Source: Alphaproteobacteria bacterium (lineage in GTDB: Bacteria; Pseudomonadota; Alphaproteobacteria; Rs-D84). From it: 64,000 nucleotides of DNA. The stretch lies in assembly GCA_046881825.1 (NCBI GenBank), contig JBKSMS010000009.1, positions 5,307-69,306 of the forward strand, read 5' to 3'. Positions 37,864-47,829 of this stretch are shown here, piece after piece. Every line of letters begins with the position of its first letter. The first letter of the stretch is position 1. Made by a program: the position numbers and the translations under genes. The notes beneath the pieces were generated by a model, which was given only the letters and a program-made list of their open reading frames with translations, was not told where the DNA came from and did not search any database.

Positions 37864-38223
37864 TTACTCACATCTTTCAAGCCAAACATCATAAGTATCA
37901 TCTTGTAACGGGTTTTGTCCTGGTTCGTTACGATTCATCCACCCACTAAAAATGCGACCATCTGTTTTTGTATATATTTCAAAAAAACCAAAATAGTTTT
38001 CTGCGTCAAAAGGGTCACTTTGTTTGCAACTTCTAACCCGTATAGTTAAACCATCGTGTTGAAAAGCTTGTCCAACCCCTACAGAAGCCAGTTGTGTTTT
38101 CCCCGCTGCTTTGTTCATAATACGAATAACAGCATTAGATTTATCAATATATGCAAAAGCAGGGCAAGATGATAATAAAAACAGGGGCGTTATAAACAAA
38201 CACAATTTTTTTGTAATGCTCAT
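37864..38223 (-). CDS. DUF2155 family exported protein
   Basis: AVIRIMNKAAG, IFSGWM, YDVWLERC; signal peptide. Confidence 0.8.
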   Translation of the reverse strand: MSITKKLCLFITPLFLLSSCPAFAYIDKSNAVIRIMNKAAGKTQLASVGVGQAFQHDGLTIRVRSCKQSDPFDAENYFGFFEIYTKTDGRIFSGWMNRNEPGQNPLQDDTYDVWLERCE

Positions 38224-38252
38224 TTATCTCACCCCCTGTTTTAAATTTTTAA

Positions 38253-38642
38253 TTATTTGTTTTCTGATTTATTGGTATTAGCAGATAAATCTTCGACAAT
38301 TCTAGCCTTCTTGCCAGACAATGCACGCAAGAAGAACAATTTTGAACGACGCACCTTACCAACACGAACCTTTTCAATTTTTTCCACAGCAGGTGTGTAC
38401 AATGGGAATTTGCGTTCAACACCTACACCATAAGATTCACGACGCACAGTAAACGAAGCGTTATTGCCTGTACCACCATCGCGCGCAATAACAACACCTT
38501 CGAAAACCTGGATACGGAATTTATCCCCATCTTTGATTTTTACATGAACTTTTACAGTGTCTCCAGCTTTAAAATCTGGAATTTTTTTATCGCCTTTCAA
38601 TTTAGCGATTTGTTCTTGTTCTATTTTTTTAATTATACTCAT
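38253..38642 (-). CDS. rplS: 50S ribosomal protein L19
   Basis: [33 protein letters not shown]. Confidence 0.98.
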   Translation of the reverse strand: MSIIKKIEQEQIAKLKGDKKIPDFKAGDTVKVHVKIKDGDKFRIQVFEGVVIARDGGTGNNASFTVRRESYGVGVERKFPLYTPAVEKIEKVRVGKVRRSKLFFLRALSGKKARIVEDLSANTNKSENK

Positions 38643-39319
38643 TTTTTATTTTCCTTTATTAAATCCGGACGACGAATTTTTGTTATTTCGTCCGATTGTT
38701 GTTTCCGCCACCGTTCGATATTGCCATGGTGACCGGACAGCAGGACTTCTGGGACATGTCGTCCACGCCATACTGACGGACGGGTGTATAATGGCCATTC
38801 AAGCCCGCCGATTTCAAAACTTTCGTTTTGGGTTGATTCCAACCCGCCACCCAATACATTATCTAACAGACGAACCGCGCTGTCAACAAAAACTTGTGCA
38901 GCCAATTCGCCCCCAGACAAAACATAATCACCAACAGAGATTTCTTCAATATCATATTCGTCGATTATCCGTTGGTCAATACCTTCATATCGACCGCAAA
39001 GCAGGGTAAAAGTATCGTTTTTTATGTATTCGTGGACTAATTCTTGTGTTAATGTCTTTCCGCGCGGTGAAAAGAATATGATTTTACCCTTGTTTTTTAT
39101 GGAATCTATCGCATTTCCTAAAACATCAGGTCTCATAACCATACCTGCGCCACCACCAAATTGTTCGTCATCAACACTGCCATAATTATTAATAGCAAAA
39201 TCACGAATATTTATAACATCCATTGACCATATTTTTTTATCCAAAGCACGTCCAACAACCCCGCCTGACAAGGTCCCTGGAAACATTTCTGGAAAAACAG
39301 TCAATATATTAAAATGCAT
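38639..39319 (-). CDS. trmD: tRNA (guanine-N1)-methyltransferase
   Basis: [39 protein letters not shown]; likely start MHFNILT. Confidence 0.97.
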   Translation of the reverse strand: MHFNILTVFPEMFPGTLSGGVVGRALDKKIWSMDVINIRDFAINNYGSVDDEQFGGGAGMVMRPDVLGNAIDSIKNKGKIIFFSPRGKTLTQELVHEYIKNDTFTLLCGRYEGIDQRIIDEYDIEEISVGDYVLSGGELAAQVFVDSAVRLLDNVLGGGLESTQNESFEIGGLEWPLYTRPSVWRGRHVPEVLLSGHHGNIERWRKQQSDEITKIRRPDLIKENKK

Positions 39320-39320
39320 G

Positions 39321-39501
39321 TTATCTTGTGTGTGTTTTTGCTTGTTCATTAATTTGTAAGTTGCAACGATTATAAATCAAGCGAATATTCACCAATTCGC
39401 GAGCAATCTTTAATGTGTCATTTGTATGTGGTATAAGGCTTATGCCGTTCAAAGAAATATGAAACACATCTTTGTGTTCTTGTAAATATTTCTGTATACA
39501 T
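39321..39501 (-). pseudogene. Probable frameshifted orphan between rimM and trmD
   Basis: SD AAGGA + ATG (39501) gives only 27 codons; a neighbouring frame is open for ~60 codons ending ...EQAKTHTR*, 1 nt before the trmD ATG. Confidence 0.4.
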
Positions 39502-39512
39502 ATTAAAAATCC

Positions 39513-39974
39513 TTATTTTACTGTTATGCTTTTGTTTGCCACATCGACAAACGCCCCCACAAAAGACACCATTTCGCCGTTATCTAATTCAATAATATCT
39601 CCCCCGCCATAATTTTGAAAACCATCAACGACACCAATTTTTTTATTATCACGAATAACATCAAATCCAATTAAATCAGTTTGATAATATTCGTTATCTT
39701 TTAATTTTGGTAAATCATCGCGTAAAACAAAAAGTTCTGTTCCACGCAAAGATTCGACTGCATTTCTGTCATCAATACCATCAATTTTTGCGATAATCAT
39801 GTTTTGTTTTAAAACACGAACAAAATGAAAATTTTCACTTTCGCATTTGTCGCATAAAACACGAAAGCCTTTAAAATCATCTGGTTTTGCAGCAAAAGAT
39901 TGCACCCGAAATTCACCACGAATTCCCTGGGGTGCAACGATTTTGCCAACCAAGATTTTGCGATTATCGCGCAT
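39513..39974 (-). CDS. rimM: Ribosome maturation factor RimM
   Basis: VGKIVAPQGIRGE, DRNAVESLRG, EYYQTDLIG; start MRDNRK. Confidence 0.93.
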   Translation of the reverse strand: MRDNRKILVGKIVAPQGIRGEFRVQSFAAKPDDFKGFRVLCDKCESENFHFVRVLKQNMIIAKIDGIDDRNAVESLRGTELFVLRDDLPKLKDNEYYQTDLIGFDVIRDNKKIGVVDGFQNYGGGDIIELDNGEMVSFVGAFVDVANKSITVK

Positions 39975-40206
39975 TTTGTTGCTGCTTTTTCTGAAGTATT
40001 TTATGACAATATTCGCGATACCTTTTACATGTTTCTTCGCGTTCAATTTCATTTTTTAAAGGGCATATTGCGAACAGATTAGTTTTAAATGGAATAACTA
40101 ATTCCGGATTACGAAAAGCAAAATTCTTTAATTCGCTAAAGTAAATTTCTTTTCTTACGCAATCGGCACCATCAAAAGGGCATTCAGTATCGTGTATCGT
40201 AGTCAT
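39964..40206 (-). CDS. Small Cys-containing hypothetical protein (ends QQQNAR)
   Basis: Exactly fills the rpsP-rimM gap; CPF...C...CP...C...YC pattern. Confidence 0.65.
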   Translation of the reverse strand: MTTIHDTECPFDGADCVRKEIYFSELKNFAFRNPELVIPFKTNLFAICPLKNEIEREETCKRYREYCHKILQKKQQQNAR

Positions 40207-40210
40207 AGCA

Positions 40211-40663
40211 TTATTCCGCAGAGCTTTCTGTTGCAGGTGCTTCTTCTGCTGGTGTTTCAGCAGGTGCTTCAGCGGCAGCCTTTGAGGCAGCTTCAGCTGC
40301 GGCTTTTTCTTCTGCGATTTTAGCTAATTTATCAGCTTTGTCTTTTGCTTTTTGTTGTGTTTTTTCAGATGGTTGATTTTTCTTTGTTTGATTTGGAATT
40401 GGTTTAGCAGCAACCAAGCCAGCATTTACCAAGAATTTGTAAACACGATCTGATGGTTTAGCACCTTTTGCCATCCAGGCTTTTACTTTTTCAATATCCA
40501 AAATAACACGGTTTTTATCATCGCGTGCCAACATTGGATTGTATTTACCAATTGTTTCCAAAATTGCGCCAGAATTACGGGCATTTCTAGAATCTGTGAC
40601 CACTACATGATAATAAGGGCGTTTTTTTGCACCATAACGCGCCAATCTGATAACTGTTGCCAT
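40211..40663 (-). CDS. rpsP: 30S ribosomal protein S16 with Ala/Glu tail
   Basis: IRLARYGAKKRPYY, DSRNAR, GAKPSDRV. Confidence 0.97.
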   Translation of the reverse strand: MATVIRLARYGAKKRPYYHVVVTDSRNARNSGAILETIGKYNPMLARDDKNRVILDIEKVKAWMAKGAKPSDRVYKFLVNAGLVAAKPIPNQTKKNQPSEKTQQKAKDKADKLAKIAEEKAAAEAASKAAAEAPAETPAEEAPATESSAE

Positions 40664-40855
40664 ATTTTATACTCCTTGGTTTTTTATAATCTTGTTAAAC
40701 CCAAAAACCACACCAAAACCGCCATCAAGAGCGAAAACTCGCCGGTTGATGTTCCTTGTGCATACCGCACACAGGGGTTCAATAATAGCAATCTTTGGGA
40801 TTTGCGGACCTATTATGTATCTAAAAACACAAAAAGTCAAATGATTATTATGTTT

Positions 40856-41509
40856 TTATCTGCCATGGCGTCTGCCAAAATGGTGTTTTCTGTGTTTGTG
40901 GCACCAACCGTCTTGTTTGCGCAAAGCAGGATTAAACTTTTTAACATTGCGTGTCTTTTGGCGAACTACTTTGTCAGAACAATTATCAAAACATATATTT
41001 ACAACGATGTTTATTTGATATTGCGCGTGTGATTCTTCTGGGGGCGTGCTGCCTTTTATATTGTTGCACAATTTATGCGTTTCTTGTAAATTCGACAAAT
41101 CACTTGTTCCGCCCAAAGATTTCGGTTGTATATGATCCCAAGTAAATTCTTTATGGGAACATTTAGTAGCAGAATTACGAACAGTTTGGCTGTTTATATA
41201 TATTGGTTTACCACACAGTTTACACACCGGATAGTGTCCATAATCGCCCATAATAGCATACATTTGCTTTATCTGTTTGTGGTTAAACTGATACAACGGG
41301 TGATTTATTCCAGAGATATTTGTAAGTTTTTTCTTGATACTTTTACGCAAAACAGGCGGATAACACAAATTAACTTCCTTTTCCCCAGTTAATATTTGAA
41401 ACAAAGCTTTTAAGTGTTCCCGGTCCATAGAATTAGTAAGAACAAAAATATCTTTTAATACTTGTTTTATTTCACTGTCTGTCATAATCTTTTTTACTCT
41501 CTTTACCAT
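40856..41509 (-). CDS. HNH endonuclease domain protein
   Basis: CKLCG...TWDHIQPKSLGG...SNLQETHKLCNNIKG; basic His/Arg tail. Confidence 0.85.
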   Translation of the reverse strand: MVKRVKKIMTDSEIKQVLKDIFVLTNSMDREHLKALFQILTGEKEVNLCYPPVLRKSIKKKLTNISGINHPLYQFNHKQIKQMYAIMGDYGHYPVCKLCGKPIYINSQTVRNSATKCSHKEFTWDHIQPKSLGGTSDLSNLQETHKLCNNIKGSTPPEESHAQYQINIVVNICFDNCSDKVVRQKTRNVKKFNPALRKQDGWCHKHRKHHFGRRHGR

Positions 41510-41551
41510 CTTACAAGATGCCGACCTCAGCTTTGCGCTAGCAAAGACGGG

Positions 41552-41625
41552 TGGTGCGGGCGAAGGGAATCGAACCCTCGTCTAAAGCTTGGGAAGCTTT
41601 CGTGCTGCCATTATACCACACCCGC
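41552..41625 (-). tRNA. tRNA-Gly(CCC)
   Basis: GCGGGTGTGG...AAAGC-TT-CCC-AA-GCTTT...GGTTCGATTCC...CCCGCACCA. Confidence 0.96.
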
Positions 41626-41669
41626 AAACAGAACGATACTACAAGATTACTTTACAAAAGTCCAGAAGT

Positions 41670-41924
41670 TTATCTTTGATATTGTTCTTTGATTTTGGCG
41701 AACTTGTTTTCCATGCCACGCAAAACTTTGTTAGCGTGTTTTCCTTTTTCAAGATTCCTTATCATCCGATTTAACAAGAACCAATCTTCGCGCTTAAGCT
41801 CTGTGTTTTGTATAAAAAACATTATCTCTGCTAACAAATCTGACACAGTTTGTTCTTTTTTTGTCACAGGTGGGACATAATCATAATTTCTATGTCTGGT
41901 ATCTTTCATTATCTGCCTCCACAA
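41670..41924 (-). CDS. Hypothetical protein (ends EQYQR)
   Basis: Fills the gap between the LysM gene and tRNA-Gly; GGAGG before an internal ATG (MKDTRH). Confidence 0.6.
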   Translation of the reverse strand: MWRQIMKDTRHRNYDYVPPVTKKEQTVSDLLAEIMFFIQNTELKREDWFLLNRMIRNLEKGKHANKVLRGMENKFAKIKEQYQR

Positions 41925-41934
41925 GTTAAAAGAG

Positions 41935-43056
41935 TTAATCTTTCATTGGTATTTGCAATAATTGGTCTGGATAAATTAAATCAGGATTCGTTATATTGTT
42001 TCTTTCCGCTATCATTGTGACCAATACGCCCCGACGCAAAAAGTTGCGTGCAATAATCCATAAACAATCACCACGACGAACTGTATAGAAAGTATTATCA
42101 TCGCCCGTCATTTCAGGCATAACAAATTCATGTTCTACATTTGCTATTGTCGTTCCTTCGCCATCGTGCAGACGGATGTTTAATTTATATTTTTTACCAC
42201 TTTCCAATTTTCCAATATCTGCACCCAAACCAAAATTTTTATAATCAGATACACGTGCAAAGCCCAAATATTTATCATCCAAAGAAAGCGATACACGCAA
42301 TCTTGGCAAAGCACGACCTGTCACAACCATACGACCGCTGTCCAAATAATCTATCTTTGACACAACCAAATCGCCATCTGCTAATTCTGGTGCTTGCATA
42401 ACTTTGCTGCCGTTTTTTGTCATTAACAAAGACACAGAATTTTTATATCCGCGTTCGGAAACATAAACAAATACGGAATCTTCTGATTTGATATTTTTAT
42501 CTGCGTCTATTAATGAAATAACATAATTGCCTGGTTTTAATGCTTCGTTTGGTGCAAAGACAAATTCACCAGATTTGTTAGTGTGTTTTGTTGCAACTAT
42601 TTTTTTGTTGATTAAAACAGAAATATTAGATTCCCGTGGATTGCGTCCCGCAATAATTATATTTCCTGATTTTTCAATTCTTACCAAATCAAAAGACGGT
42701 GTATTTGATTGTTTAACCACATGTTTAACAACAGGTTCAGGAACCGTTGGTGCGATAACTTTGACTGGCGCATTTATTTTGAATAACATGATAAACAAAG
42801 CCAACAAAATAACTATCAAAGCACACAATATCGGCAACCAATAAGATTTTAAAACAGAGTTGTTTTTTGTTTCTGTTTTTACAATGATTTCTTCTGGCTT
42901 TGATTTTTGTTCAGTATTTTCTGATTTGTTGAATCTTCTAATAAAATAACTTGTAAATCTGCGACGACGGTTTAACCAAGATTGTTGGCGATCGATAGCA
43001 TCATCAATTAAATTATCTGTGGAACGTTTTGTTTTACCGATATTATTGTTTGTCAT
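41935..43056 (-). CDS. Membrane-anchored LysM protein with Ig-like domains
   Basis: TM segment; PSFDLVRIE...IAGR; C-terminal TVRRGDCLWIIA...NPDLIYPDQ LysM. Confidence 0.88.
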   Translation of the reverse strand: MTNNNIGKTKRSTDNLIDDAIDRQQSWLNRRRRFTSYFIRRFNKSENTEQKSKPEEIIVKTETKNNSVLKSYWLPILCALIVILLALFIMLFKINAPVKVIAPTVPEPVVKHVVKQSNTPSFDLVRIEKSGNIIIAGRNPRESNISVLINKKIVATKHTNKSGEFVFAPNEALKPGNYVISLIDADKNIKSEDSVFVYVSERGYKNSVSLLMTKNGSKVMQAPELADGDLVVSKIDYLDSGRMVVTGRALPRLRVSLSLDDKYLGFARVSDYKNFGLGADIGKLESGKKYKLNIRLHDGEGTTIANVEHEFVMPEMTGDDNTFYTVRRGDCLWIIARNFLRRGVLVTMIAERNNITNPDLIYPDQLLQIPMKD

Positions 43057-43156
43057 GTTGTTTCCCTTTATCCGTTTAAAAAAGTATTCCAAAAATTATT
43101 TATTTGTCAATCTTTTTATGGTATAATAAGCTCATAACAAAAACAAGGGATAGAAA

Positions 43157-44245
43157 TTGGCAACTAAAAAAATAGGAATCATGACAACTGGGGGCGATTG
43201 TTCCGGTTTAAACACTGTTATTCAGCGCATTGTGGATGGCTGTATCACGCGCAAATGGTCTGTGATTGGGATTCAAGACGGAACGGATGGTTTATATGCT
43301 AATCCGGCAAAAACAATTAATTTAACAGACAAAACATTACAATTTGCTCAATCTCATCTGGCGGGCAGCCTTTTGGCAAATGGGAATGCTGGCAATACTA
43401 ATTTCGAATCTTCTGCGCGGGCGGGGAAATTGACTGCTTTTAACAAAAGATTAAAAAAGTCTTTGCAAGATTTAAACTTGGATGTGCTTGTTTTAATTGG
43501 GGGCAATGGATCGTTATCCTTGGCACATCTTTATCGTGAAATTTATAGCGGATTGCAATTGATATGCATCCCAAAAACGATAGATATGGATGTTCCATTA
43601 ACAGATAAAACAATCGGTTTTGACACCGCAGTTCAACAATTGGTTTCGTATTGTGACCAACTGCTGATGACAGCACACAGCCACCACCGTTGGTTTGTCG
43701 TTCAAACTATGGGACGCGATTGTGGCAATTTGGCACTAAATGCGGGGGTTGCAATTGGTGCAGACGCTGTTTTAATTCCAGAAATCAAATTTGATGTGAA
43801 CAATTTAATCAAACACATAAAACAATCAAGACGCGATTATGGTATCATCATAGTATCCGAAGGAATTTCGATACGCGGACATTCTGGACGGGCGGCAGAT
43901 ATGATATCTCGTGAATTAACCAAGGCGGATATTCCAAATCGCACCGCGTTCCCCGAACATATTCAAAGGGCAGGTGACACAGTCGCAACAGACAGAATAT
44001 TAGCAGCCGGTTTTGTTGACGCGGCATTTCATGCGATTGATTCAGGCGAAACATTTGTTATGACGGTGCTTCAAAATGGTGAATACAAGACAGTGTCTTT
44101 GGATAAATTCTTCAAAAGTGGCAAACAACAAAAAGACCCGCATATTATCGGCGCCATGACATCTAATTCTTATGTAGAACCAGACAATATACTGCTACAT
44201 ATTGCCACAGACGCAGGTATATATATTGGTGAAAGAAAGAAATAA
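43157..44245 (+). CDS. pfkA: 6-phosphofructokinase (PfkA family)
   Basis: TTGGDCSGLN, IGGNGS, PKTIDMD, GFDTA, MGR, SEG. Confidence 0.9.
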   Translation: MATKKIGIMTTGGDCSGLNTVIQRIVDGCITRKWSVIGIQDGTDGLYANPAKTINLTDKTLQFAQSHLAGSLLANGNAGNTNFESSARAGKLTAFNKRLKKSLQDLNLDVLVLIGGNGSLSLAHLYREIYSGLQLICIPKTIDMDVPLTDKTIGFDTAVQQLVSYCDQLLMTAHSHHRWFVVQTMGRDCGNLALNAGVAIGADAVLIPEIKFDVNNLIKHIKQSRRDYGIIIVSEGISIRGHSGRAADMISRELTKADIPNRTAFPEHIQRAGDTVATDRILAAGFVDAAFHAIDSGETFVMTVLQNGEYKTVSLDKFFKSGKQQKDPHIIGAMTSNSYVEPDNILLHIATDAGIYIGERKK

Positions 44246-44274
44246 AAAAACCGCCCAAACGGGCGGTGTATTTT

Positions 44275-44466
44275 TTACCGTTTTTTAAAATATCCTGGTC
44301 CCTTTGGTATAAATCTGCCATATGCTCTATATTCTGCTTTCTTTTCGCTAATACTATCTTTTATAAACTTTAAAGTTTTGTCTGATTTTACGAACTTTGA
44401 TGATTTTTTTGTTTCTTTTCTATATTCTTTTTCAACAAATCTGTCTTTGATTTTTTCCAATGTCAT
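44275..44466 (-). CDS. Small basic hypothetical protein (ends YFKKR)
   Basis: 63 aa Lys-rich ORF ending at the terminator hairpin shared with pfkA. Confidence 0.5.
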   Translation of the reverse strand: MTLEKIKDRFVEKEYRKETKKSSKFVKSDKTLKFIKDSISEKKAEYRAYGRFIPKGPGYFKKR

Positions 44467-44496
44467 GTATTCTTCAATAGTATATAACCCCGTTTG

Positions 44497-44637
44497 TTAT
44501 TTCGTTTTTTCGTTTGTTTTTTCTCTTGCTTTTGCTTTCAATTTGTTCATCAAAGTATAAATAAATATAATAGTAAGCCCAGTAAGGAACAACACACATT
44601 TTGGTTCACGATAAAAATCACTTATATCTTTTTTCAT
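44497..44637 (-). CDS. 46-aa single-TM peptide (below the ORF-track cutoff)
   Basis: MKKDISDFYREPKCVLFLTGLTIIFIYTLMNKLKAKAREKTNEKTK; starts 8 nt after the upstream stop. Confidence 0.45.
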   Translation of the reverse strand: MKKDISDFYREPKCVLFLTGLTIIFIYTLMNKLKAKAREKTNEKTK

Positions 44638-44645
44638 GTTGTTTT

Positions 44646-44966
44646 TTAGCGAGTATTAGATTTTTTATAATAAGCTTGCTTAAAATCGTTTATTCTTTTT
44701 TCATTACTTAAATTCTTTAAAATCTTTTTTGTTCGCGATTCACCAATGTATTCAACATAATCACCAATTTTGCATGTTGATAATAAATCTTCGTATGCTT
44801 CATCATCATAATCATCAGAAACAGCATAAACACGACCATCTTCTGGGTTATAAATGCCAACGAAACAATAATGATGGTTGCGTATAATTTTAGTATAGCA
44901 ACCTGTGTTAAATTTTTCTTGTTGATATTTCCACTTAATCTGTTCTACTAACCCGATTTTGCTCAT
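44646..44966 (-). CDS. Hypothetical protein (GD...NxS orphan family; ends KSNTR)
   Basis: AAGGT SD; KIGDYVEY...ILKNLSNE. Confidence 0.65.
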   Translation of the reverse strand: MSKIGLVEQIKWKYQQEKFNTGCYTKIIRNHHYCFVGIYNPEDGRVYAVSDDYDDEAYEDLLSTCKIGDYVEYIGESRTKKILKNLSNEKRINDFKQAYYKKSNTR

Positions 44967-45068
44967 AATTCATACCTTTTTATGGTGCAAAACATAACAC
45001 AAAGCCGGCAAAAGTCAACAAAAAAACCGGGCAAACACCCGGTTTTCAAAGGAAGAAAGAGAAAAACA

Positions 45069-46967
45069 TTATTTCTTTTCAGAAAAATCAGCATCCGTTG
45101 CGCCATTGTTGTCGCCAGACGCATCAGATTTGTTTTCTTCTGCTTTTTGCGCTTCTTGGGCAGCTTTGTACACTGCTTCGCCCAATTTCATCGCTTTTTC
45201 GGTTAAAGCATCAGTTTTTGCCTTCAAAGATTCAACTGTCGCTTCTGCTTTTGCCAATTCATCGCTTAATTCTTTCTTAGCGTTTTCTATTGCTTCGCGT
45301 TCTTCGGCAGAAATCTTGTCACCATGTTCTTTCAAAGATTTTTCAATACTGAACACCGCGGTTTCTGCTGTATTTTTCGCTTCGGCTAATTCTTTCTTAT
45401 TTTTATCAGCTTCGGCATTAGCAGCAGCTTCGTCAACCATGCGTTTAATTTCTTCTTCGCTTAATCCGCCATCAGATTTAATCGAAATCGCTTGTTCTTT
45501 ACCTGTGCCTTTGTCTTTTGCAGACACATGGACTATACCATTGGCGTCGATATCAAAAGACACTTCGATTTGTGGCATACCACGTGGGGCAGGTGCGATA
45601 CCTTCTAAATTAAATTGACCAAGCAATTTATTATCCGCAGCCATATCGCGTTCACCTTGGAATACACGAATTGTCACCGCAGATTGGTTGTCTTCGGCAG
45701 TAGAGAATATCTGTGATTTCTTGGTTGGAATTGTTGTGTTTCTGTCAATCAATCTTGTGAATACACCACCCAATGTTTCAATTCCCAAAGACAATGGTGT
45801 CACATCCAACAACAAAACATCTTTGACTTCGCCTTTCAGGACACCGCCCTGGATAGCTGCACCCAATGCAACCACTTCATCAGGATTTACACCCTTATGC
45901 GGTTCTTTACCAAAGAATTCTTTCACAGTTTCTACAACCTTTGGCATACGAGTTTGACCACCGACCAAAATAACTTCGTTGATTTGAGATGTTGTTAAAC
46001 CCGCATCTTTCAAAGCCTTTTTACATGGTTCAATAGTCTTTTTAATCAAATCGTCGACCAAAGATTCAAGTTTAGCGCGAGTCAAAGTGGTATTAAAATG
46101 CTTTGGCCCTGTTGCATCCGCTGTCAAATAAGGTAAATTGATTTCTGTTGAAGTCTTTGAAGACAATTCAATTTTTGCCTTTTCTGCAGCTTCTTTTAAT
46201 CTTTGCAAGGCCAATTTATCACCAGACAAATCAATACCTGTTTGTGCTTTGAATTCTTCAATCAAATATTTCAAAACACGCGCATCGAAATCGGAACCGC
46301 CCAATGCGGTATCTCCATTAGTAGATTTAACTTCGAATACACCATCAACGATTTCCAAAATAGAAACATCAAATGTTCCACCACCCAAATCATACACAGC
46401 AATCGTTCCATCTTTGTCTTTGTCCAGACCATAAGCCAAAGCCGCAGCGGTTGGTTCATTAACAATACGCAATACATTCAATCCCGCAATGCGCCCAGCA
46501 TCTTTTGTAGCCTGACGTTGAGAATCATTGAAATAAGCCGGCACAGTAATAACTGCATCTGTTATTTTTTCGCCCAAATAGCTTTCTGCATCTTTCTTTA
46601 ATTTTGATAAGATCATAGCAGAAATTTGAGAAGGTGCATATTTTTTACCTTCGATTTCAACCCACGCATCACCATTGTCACCAGCCACAATTTTATAAGG
46701 AACGCGTTTTTGAATTTCCTTAACAGCTTCGCTGTCATAGCGCAATCCCATCAATCTTTTAATTTCATAAATAGTATTTTCTGGATTGGTCACTGCCTGA
46801 TTCTTGGCAGTAATACCCACAAGATGTTCCCCACCAGCAGTAAATGCAACGACAGATGGTGTTGTGCGTTGTCCTTCGCTGTTTTCGATGATTTTTGGAT
46901 TGCTTCCGTCCATGAAAGCCATAGCGGAATTAGTTGTTCCCAAATCGATACCTAATACTTTTGCCAT
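45069..46967 (-). CDS. dnaK: Chaperone DnaK
   Basis: [32 protein letters not shown]. Confidence 0.99.
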   Translation of the reverse strand: MAKVLGIDLGTTNSAMAFMDGSNPKIIENSEGQRTTPSVVAFTAGGEHLVGITAKNQAVTNPENTIYEIKRLMGLRYDSEAVKEIQKRVPYKIVAGDNGDAWVEIEGKKYAPSQISAMILSKLKKDAESYLGEKITDAVITVPAYFNDSQRQATKDAGRIAGLNVLRIVNEPTAAALAYGLDKDKDGTIAVYDLGGGTFDVSILEIVDGVFEVKSTNGDTALGGSDFDARVLKYLIEEFKAQTGIDLSGDKLALQRLKEAAEKAKIELSSKTSTEINLPYLTADATGPKHFNTTLTRAKLESLVDDLIKKTIEPCKKALKDAGLTTSQINEVILVGGQTRMPKVVETVKEFFGKEPHKGVNPDEVVALGAAIQGGVLKGEVKDVLLLDVTPLSLGIETLGGVFTRLIDRNTTIPTKKSQIFSTAEDNQSAVTIRVFQGERDMAADNKLLGQFNLEGIAPAPRGMPQIEVSFDIDANGIVHVSAKDKGTGKEQAISIKSDGGLSEEEIKRMVDEAAANAEADKNKKELAEAKNTAETAVFSIEKSLKEHGDKISAEEREAIENAKKELSDELAKAEATVESLKAKTDALTEKAMKLGEAVYKAAQEAQKAEENKSDASGDNNGATDADFSEKK

Positions 46968-47110
46968 AATTTAACTCCTTAAAGTTTTTGCATAACCAAG
47001 ATATAGTTATAAACGATATTGTTTCAAGGGGAAAATTGAAAAATATTTTTGGTATATATTCACACAAAAAACCGCCCGTTTGGGCGGTTAATTTTATGTA
47101 TAACACAATG

Positions 47111-47728
47111 TTATTTCTTTGCCGGGGCAGCAGCTGCAGCAGCTTGTTGTTTTGCATCTGCTTCTTCTGGCATTTTACCACCAATTGTAGCAAAAGCCAA
47201 ATCTGCCATACGCAAGCCCAAAGTAATACCTTTTGGCAAAACCAAATCAGACCCATGAATTGTATCGCCAATCGTCACATCTGCCAAATCAATAGTGATT
47301 TTTTCTGGCATATCAGAAACCAGACCAACCAAAGCCACCTTACGAACAGCAAAATTCAAAACACCGCCCAATTTAATACCTTTGGAAATATCGGCATTAA
47401 TAACCTCAACAGGCACAACGACATGCACTGGTTTTTTAACATCGATTCTTTTGAAATCGACATGAACAACCTTGTCCGACACCGGATGATATTGAATATC
47501 CATCAACATAGCATCTTCTTTGTTGCTGCCAACCATAATTTCAAACAATTTTGTTCGCAAAGATGGTTTACCCAACAACACATTAAAATCGTGTCCGTTT
47601 AATTCAATGGACACAGGTTCTTTCTTTTCGCCATAGATAACAGCAGGGATATTTGCATTCTTGCGAACTGCACGTGCGGCCCCCTTGCCAGCAACTTTGC
47701 GAATTTCAGCATTTAATTTAATAGCCAT
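47111..47728 (-). CDS. rplY: 50S ribosomal protein L25/Ctc
   Basis: GKGAARAVR, IPAVIYG, QYHPV, HVDF, GIKLGG. Confidence 0.96.
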   Translation of the reverse strand: MAIKLNAEIRKVAGKGAARAVRKNANIPAVIYGEKKEPVSIELNGHDFNVLLGKPSLRTKLFEIMVGSNKEDAMLMDIQYHPVSDKVVHVDFKRIDVKKPVHVVVPVEVINADISKGIKLGGVLNFAVRKVALVGLVSDMPEKITIDLADVTIGDTIHGSDLVLPKGITLGLRMADLAFATIGGKMPEEADAKQQAAAAAAPAKK

Positions 47729-47829
47729 TTTTAATTCCTTTTATATTTATTTTTACAATACACGACCTCCAAGGGTGTCGTGCGGGGCATATTATTTATC
47801 AAAAAACGCAAAAAATCAAGTTTTTTATA

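Noticed and set aside
39321-39515. Stop-codon readthrough extension of RimM
   Set aside because: The frame after the rimM TAA is open, but RimM is already complete and an SD-ATG follows; a decayed separate gene is more likely.
45098-46955. Long antisense ORFs opposite dnaK, and similar ones opposite rpoD, accDA, dnaE and the repeat proteins
   Set aside because: Typical codon-bias shadow frames of well-supported genes, with no independent motifs.
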